Program-made: the position numbers and the translations under genes
NCBI GenBank assembly: GCA_951406725.2
Contig: OX597817.1
Span: 35,526,001 to 35,590,000 of the forward strand
Direction of reading: 5' to 3'
DNA length: 64,000 nt
Origin: Octopus vulgaris
Taxonomy: Eukaryota
Shown: positions 57,294 to 64,000 of the stretch, piece by piece
Position numbering within the stretch: position 1 is the first letter of the stretch
Layout: each line of letters begins with the position of its first letter
Notes under the pieces: model-generated
Told to the model about the DNA's origin: nothing
Databases searched by the model: none
Seen by the model: the letters and a program-made list of their open reading frames with translations, nothing else

Positions 57294-58737
57294 TTAGCAA
57301 ACCTTGTAAAATAAAAACTGCTCAACAGCTGACTTGATAATGTTTACAAACAGCTTTTGAAGACATTGGCGCTCTGTTCTGTTATCTTTTGAGAGATCAT
57401 TGACGTACCTCTTTAAGTTTGGGAAGTATCTAAATCTCTCATTGTCCACATCCCTCTTAAAAGCTTCTACTTTCATTTCAAAAGCCTTTATATAACCAAA
57501 CATAACATCAAGTGTTTTCCCAGAGCCCTGTAATTTAACATTCAAGTCATTCAAATGTTCACAAAAATCCTCAAAAAACACCAGTTTACAAACCTACATG
57601 ATGTCAGACAATTCTTGATGAGAAACATGTTGGTCATTCAAAAAGAACTTTATCTCATTTAAGCATTCAACAAATCATTTCAGAACCAAACCTTGGCTAA
57701 GCCATAGAATAATGTTGTACATGTTCAATCCTTTATACACAGATTATACCTCATTCATGAAAACTTGAAATTATCTCTTATTTAAAGCCCAAGCAGAAAT
57801 GTAATGAACAACCTACAATCTTGATAACAGTTTGCTTCACTTCATGAAGTTCCTTAAGGCCAGCTTTTGCACATAAAACCTCCCCACGTGTGCTATGAAA
57901 ACCTATCAGTGTATAACCAACTTCTTTTGCAAACAGATTTATAAATCCTGCCTTCTCACCAGTCATGCTGGAGCCACCATCTGTTGTGACGGATACTACT
58001 TTTGAAATGTCAATTTGTCGAAAAAAGAATTCGTTCACAGCTGCTTTACATATTTCAGCTCCGGTAGTACACTCAGACAGTGTTAGAAGAGCAATCATCT
58101 TTTCACATATTTCATCACCTTTACAAAATCGAGAAAAAATGGCTAACTTAGCTGATGATGTAATGTCCATACTTTCATCAATACAAATAGAAAAAAGAAA
58201 AAAAAAACTTACATGAAGACAAATCTTTTTGTCAATTGTTCAGAAGTATTCTTCTCCAATTTAAGTATTCTATCCTTAACTGTTTTCCTACTCACAGACA
58301 ATTCTTTAATGCACTGAATAACCGTTTCCTTTTCTGAAAAATTGTTAAAAAGGAAAGGTGCACACTCTAGCCAAGCTTCTTTAATATATTCCCCAACTTT
58401 CATTTATTCAGCAATGCAAGAATACAGCATAATGATGACGTCACTGCTGTAGCGCACATCGGGAGAAATTTTGAATAAGTAGATGAGGTGGTTGTCTTGT
58501 CAACGAATACCAGTTTCGGAGGCTGAAACCAAAACATTGGTTGGGTCTGGGAGGAGATCATTAAATAAAGGTAGGCCTAATTCATAATATAAAATGTATC
58601 TAAGCAATAAAAAGTCGCTATATACTATTGAGAGAAAGTCGTTAAATGGAGGGTTACTAGAGAGAGAGTTTCGCGTGCCAGAAACAAGTTATTGGCGTGC
58701 CATGTTTGGCACGCGTGCTAGGGGTTGCGCACCCCTG
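57294..58737 (-). mobile_element. hAT (Charlie/Buster/SPIN-like, GTF2IRD2-type) transposon remnant
   Basis: Fragments LSVSRKTVKDRI, SICIDESMDITSSAKLAIF, SVTTDGGSSMTG and EHLNDLNVKLQG; terminal CAGGGGTGCGCAAC at 58737 with GGCACG subterminal repeats; frameshifted. Confidence 0.88.
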
Positions 58738-60438
58738 CACTGAACAATTAAGATCACAGAAGCTGAGGCCATTGTAGTAGGGGTAAATGTAGCGAAATGG
58801 TAGAATCGTTAATATGCTGGACAAATTGCTTAGAAGCATATTTTTTCGGTTTAACATTCAAAAGCCACAGAGTATGACCTTGCATTTAATTCCTTTCGAA
58901 AATGATTACATTAACTAAGTTGTGCTCTGGGGTCAAATTCAATCGACTTGCTTCACCCCTCAAAAATAGACTTGTGCTAAAATAAGAAACCATTGTAGTA
59001 GAGGTAGAAAAGACAGGAGGAAAGACAGCATGCTTAAGAACCAAATCCTAGAATGAATCTGTGAGTGGCGTTATAACGATCCGTTGAATGACATTTCACT
59101 GGATATACATCTTTAAAGTTGACTGTGTTGTTGCTATGTTGCTATTGTAGATTCACTAATTTGGCTTAATTTCTTAAGCCACTGACTGGCTTAATTTCTT
59201 GAACAAATAACTTTATTAACGTCCCCTGTTTATACTCTGCTAATTTTGGGTTTACGTTTTTTATGAGAATTCTTGATCCAACTTTGTTAAGTCTTGTTTT
59301 TTAAAGTTTCAAATGCTGTATCCAGAGGCCACTCGGGTAATGTTCGGTTTACTTGTTCTTGTTGTTTTGTTGAGAGTATTTAAAATATTTCTTATAAATT
59401 AAGCAACCATTCTCTAGGGGGCCTTCTTTCTTCTGAATCTTTTAATGAATACAGTTTGTTCTTATAATCCCCTTAGCAATGTAGACCCCCCCACACACAC
59501 ACACTCACACTCACACTCAAACACACACACAGATAGATATATATGACGTCAACAAGATAAATGCTCATATGTATGTACATATGTGAGTACACATACATAC
59601 ATACAAGAAAATATGAAGATATTGTGCGTTAGCTATTTTTATGTATATTTGGAACTTGTAATTAAATGTACATGCGTATGTATGTATATATGTATGTATG
59701 TATGTATGCATATGTCTATAAGTATATATATATACATATACAAAATATGCATGTATCTGTGTATTTATAAAACGGCTCGCGTTACCTGTAATCGCTTTCC
59801 AACTAACTACACGGAACTCTAAGAATAGATATTGTTGATTGTATGAGGATTAGACAATTATCGTTAACTATGCCAATATCCAATGAACAAAATGACTCTT
59901 CATAATTTGTTGGCAATGGATACGTGATTAGCAACGAGTATTAAACGAGAGGAATAGAGAGAAAGATTTCGCTGCAGGTTTGTTTTACGCTAGACTGCTA
60001 ATAGGTTCAGTAAAGCAAGTTAAAAATATCGCCTCTCTCTTTTTTCTTTTTGTCTGATTTTTGCAGAAGATTTTCAAAGCGAATTCATAATTAGAATTCC
60101 GATTACTCTTAAAACTTTATGGGTTTATGTATTTTTCCCACGTTTACAAGTGTTTTCAATGTCATTTCTTTTTTCTTTTACAGTTTTAACGTGTTTTCGC
60201 CATCTGCTTGTATCGTCTTTTCTGGTGTCCATGTTTTGTAATGGCTTTAACTTCGCAAGTTAGTGAATCAATGATTTTGTCTTAGTTGCTCTATTCTGGA
60301 TACAACACTATTCCCATTTTAATCACATAGGAGTAAAAGCAGTGCTCATAACACTTTTCAAGGCTTCCGAAACTATTTGTGGTGACTGGAGATATTCTCA
60401 AACCGGAGACCAGTGCCGATAGCAGAGAAACCGTCTGC

Positions 60439-60672
60439 AAGGCGGCGAGCTGGCAGAAACGTTAGCACGCCGAGCGAAATGCTTAGCAGTATTTCGTCTT
60501 GTCTTTACGTTCTGAGTTCAAATTCTGCCGAGGTCGACTTTGCTTTTCATCCTTTCGGGGTCGATAAATTAAGTATCAGTTACGCACTGGGGTTGATGTA
60601 ATCGACTTAATCCGTTTGTCTGTCCTTGTCTTTCCCCTCTATGTTTATCCCCTTGTGGGCAATAAAGAAATA
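60439..60672 (+). mobile_element. SINE family B, full length
   Basis: Complete head and body; imperfect flanking repeat agagaaaccgtctgcaa / agagaagccggcttcaa. Confidence 0.92.
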
Positions 60673-60921
60673 AGAGAAGCCGGCTTCAACTCCAGGTCAG
60701 AAATTAGGGTCAAATACCCTTACTATTTAGTATAGTATTTTTCAACTATCTTTTACCTAAGGACCCCTTCGATTCCTATTTTACTCGAACGGACCCTCCT
60801 AGCCATTCGATCGTTAAATAAGTTATAATATATTTTTATAATTAAATATTGCAAGGAATTGTAATATTGTATGTATAAATGTATAAACATATTGTATGTA
60901 TAATATGTATAAATGTATATT

Positions 60922-61297
60922 GGACGCAGGCGTGGCTGTGCGGTAAGAAACTTGCTTCCCAACCATCATGGTTCCAGGTTCAGCTCCACTGCGTGGCATC
61001 TTGGGTGTCTTTTACTATTGCCTCGGCCCGACCAAAGCCTTGTGAGTGGATTATATACATATACACACACACGCACACACACACACACACACATATGTTT
61101 GTGTGTTTGCGTTTGTCTCCCATAATAGCTTGACAACCGAGGCTGGTGTGTTTATGTCCCCGTAACTTAGCTGTTCACCAAATGTGAACGATAGAATAAG
61201 TACTAGGCTTACAAAGAATAAGTCTGGGATCGATTTGTTCGACTAAAGGTGATGCTTCAGTATGTCCGCAGTCAAAATGACTGAAACAAGTAAAAGA

Positions 61298-61300
<3 letters not shown>
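60922..61300 (+). mobile_element. SINE family A, diverged
   Basis: ggacgcaggcgtggctgtgcggtaag...actgaaacaagtaaaagag. Confidence 0.88.
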
Positions 61301-61369
<69 letters not shown>

Positions 61370-61691
61370 AATAAAAAATATGCATATATACATAAATATA
61401 TATGTACGTACCTATATGTATATATACATGCATATATGGGTACAGGACACAAAAAAAAAAACGTCGAACACAATGAGAAACGAAAACATAAAAACAGAAC
61501 CATGGAAACGGGCTCTTTTTTTTAAATAACGAAAAAAACAGGGTACAAAACATACAACACAAGGAAAATTTCCCTTCTTCAGCCGTCTCCGTTTCGTCTA
61601 CTCCGTGTTTCGAAGGTAATATATATATATATATATAATTGATGAAGGAAGAAAACGGAAGATGGATTTAGTACGAATCTTTATTCATCAC

Positions 61692-61754
61692 GACGACCGT
61701 TTCGTTCCATCCTGCAGCTATCCCTAGGGGTAGGATATTGTACCAATCAGTGTC
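61692..61754 (-). ncRNA. Degenerate hammerhead-like motif
   Basis: GAC a CTGATTG ... atcct...aggat ggaac GAAAC G GTC GTC; the core deviates from CTGANGA. Confidence 0.45.
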
Positions 61755-61892
61755 ACATCAACAAACACTGCGAATTTGCTGACGTAGTTCCAGTGAAAAT
61801 TATATCGTAACTGTGGATCCCATCAGGTAGCCCAAACGGTGAATGTGCTTCAATCGACATATTAATAGACATATAACCCATAGTCCAAATAG

Positions 61893-61964
<72 letters not shown>

Positions 61965-61992
61965 ACACACACACAAAGTAAACACAAATGGC

Positions 61993-62092
61993 GTTTAAAA
62001 TTTACGACAGCTGTTTCGGTTGAATTTATCCAATGCAGTTATAAAATATTTTATCAGAATATAATCCACCGTCATCAGGTAAAATTTTAAAC
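61993..62092 (-). ncRNA. Type I hammerhead ribozyme, apparently intact
   Basis: The minus strand reads gtttaaaattttac CTGATGA c GGT...ACC GAAAC AGCT GTC gtaaattttaaac: ~13-bp stem I, canonical core, palindromic stem III, GUC site. Confidence 0.85.
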
Positions 62093-62258
62093 AGACAAAA
62101 TTTTAGGAATCGACCTCGAGATAGCTAGCATTCACTGGACTAGAGTGTATGTTTATACATATACACTGTGTGTGTTTGACTGAGTAATGGTGGATGTGTG
62201 TACGTGTGCGTGTGTGTGAGATAGATAGATATATAGAATATAGATAGATATATATAGG

Positions 62259-62488
62259 AAGGCGGCGAGCTGGCAGAAACGTTAGCGCGCCGGGCGAAAT
62301 GCTTAGCGGTATTTCGTCTGCTGCTACGTTCGGAGTTCAAATTCCGCCGAGGTCGACTTTGCCTTTCATCCTTTCGGGGTCGATTAATTAAGTACCAGTT
62401 ACGTACTGGGGTCGATGTAATCGACTTAATCCGTTTGTCTGTCCTTGTTTGTCCCCTCTGTGTTTAGCCCCTTGTGGGTAGTAAAGAA

Positions 62489-62490
<2 letters not shown>
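62259..62490 (+). mobile_element. SINE family B, full length
   Basis: Complete head ggcggcgagctggcagaaacg, B box gagttcaaattcc, and body. Confidence 0.93.
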
Positions 62491-62573
<83 letters not shown>

Positions 62574-62935
62574 GGGAGAGAGAGACAGAGATACAGAGAG
62601 TGTGTGTATTTATCTTTGTGATGCTTAGCAAGGAAAAGTTTAGTCATCTCAAGTTGCCTTTCCGTTGTTAGAATGTTGTAGAGTCGCTCAAGCTTTGCCA
62701 AAATGTAAGTATAAGTACAAGGATTGCGGATTCCGGAAGGTGTGGAATACATGTGGCGTGACACTTGACCTCATAGCTCATTAGACCATATACGTTACTA
62801 ACTTATTAACTTTATCATATTAGGCTGTGTGTGAAGATTCATAATTGACGGATTTCTATAATTATGCGTTTAATTCATTTTCTTCCTTTTTTATTTTAAA
62901 AATAATTCTTAAATGCATACAGGGATTCCAATTTG

Positions 62936-63008
<73 letters not shown>

Positions 63009-63013
63009 TATAT

Positions 63014-63056
<43 letters not shown>

Positions 63057-63116
63057 AAACTGTTTAGAACTGCACCCAAAATTTATAAAAAGAGTAAAAA
63101 ATTGACATCCCTCCAT

Positions 63117-63159
<43 letters not shown>

Positions 63160-63199
63160 ACGTGTACACACACATGCATACATGCATACAAACATACCC

Positions 63200-63245
<46 letters not shown>

Positions 63246-64000
63246 CAATTTCTATCTCGCTCTATGTATGTATACCCACATGCATAAATATATACAGAAA
63301 GACAGACAAGCAGACAGACAGAAAGACAGAGAGACAAACAGACTGATAGATAGATAGTTAGAGAGATTGATAGATAGATAGATAGATATATAGATAGATG
63401 CGCATATCTATACATATGCATAAACTTGTGAAATATTCTCTAAGAATGTTGCAGTAATTTCGTGATTCCTCAGAACGAAAATGGATATAATAAATATAGC
63501 TTTTATACTGCAAAAGACTCCATGGAGAAAGTCGTACCTCGACCACTAAATGGACGTGACCAATAATAATATTATTCACTAAGTTCAAGAGCTTCGAGTG
63601 ATTATTTAATTTATTCTCTAAATGGAGAGAAACTTCTTTAGTACAAGAGAGCATATAATTTGTAGAATCAAAATTTAAAACAGAAACTCAAGGGAAAGCA
63701 TATTTCTAGTTGCTGAGAAAGTAAATAACGCTTTTATATAATAGTACTATCAGAACTGAGGCACAAACAAATTTAGTTAAATTACTTGTAAAGTGTTCCT
63801 TATTAAATACAAGTAGAATTCTGTAAATGTTTGATGTTGTCGGTTCTCAAAGTTTGTTCCGGTTACGTCTAGAAGTGATGAAATCGAAATAGTCATTTTG
63901 CATCGTAAAAAATTCTCTATATCCTGTATTATTCATGTTATTATTTGGTTGCTGGTATTATTATGCTTCCACAGCCACTGCTATTTTCACTGGTCTTGCG

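Overview
This is AT-rich, microsatellite-dense eukaryotic DNA. The SINE families and repeat landscape look like a coleoid cephalopod, probably Octopus; that is inferred from pattern recognition, not a database hit. I cannot support any intact host protein-coding gene, so the window is probably intergenic or inside a large intron. Nearly all ORF-track entries are microsatellite or SINE artefacts. The real content is: (i) dozens of tRNA-headed SINE copies in about five families, labelled A-E here; (ii) many Penelope-like element (PLE) remnants with GIY-YIG endonuclease fragments, inverted pseudo-LTR arms and type I hammerhead ribozyme motifs, one apparently intact (61993-62092, minus); (iii) DNA transposon fossils: a DD37D maT/mariner with TIRs, a Tc1-like remnant, a hAT, a non-autonomous Helitron and a TTAA MITE; (iv) LINE fragments (RTE-like, R4/Dong-like, CR1/L2-like); (v) a 2.6-kb degenerate 25-bp satellite with higher-order structure. 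The best leads are the hammerhead-bearing PLE termini and SINE-B multimers, in which one head is followed by exact 184-bp body repeats with the same junction at several loci.
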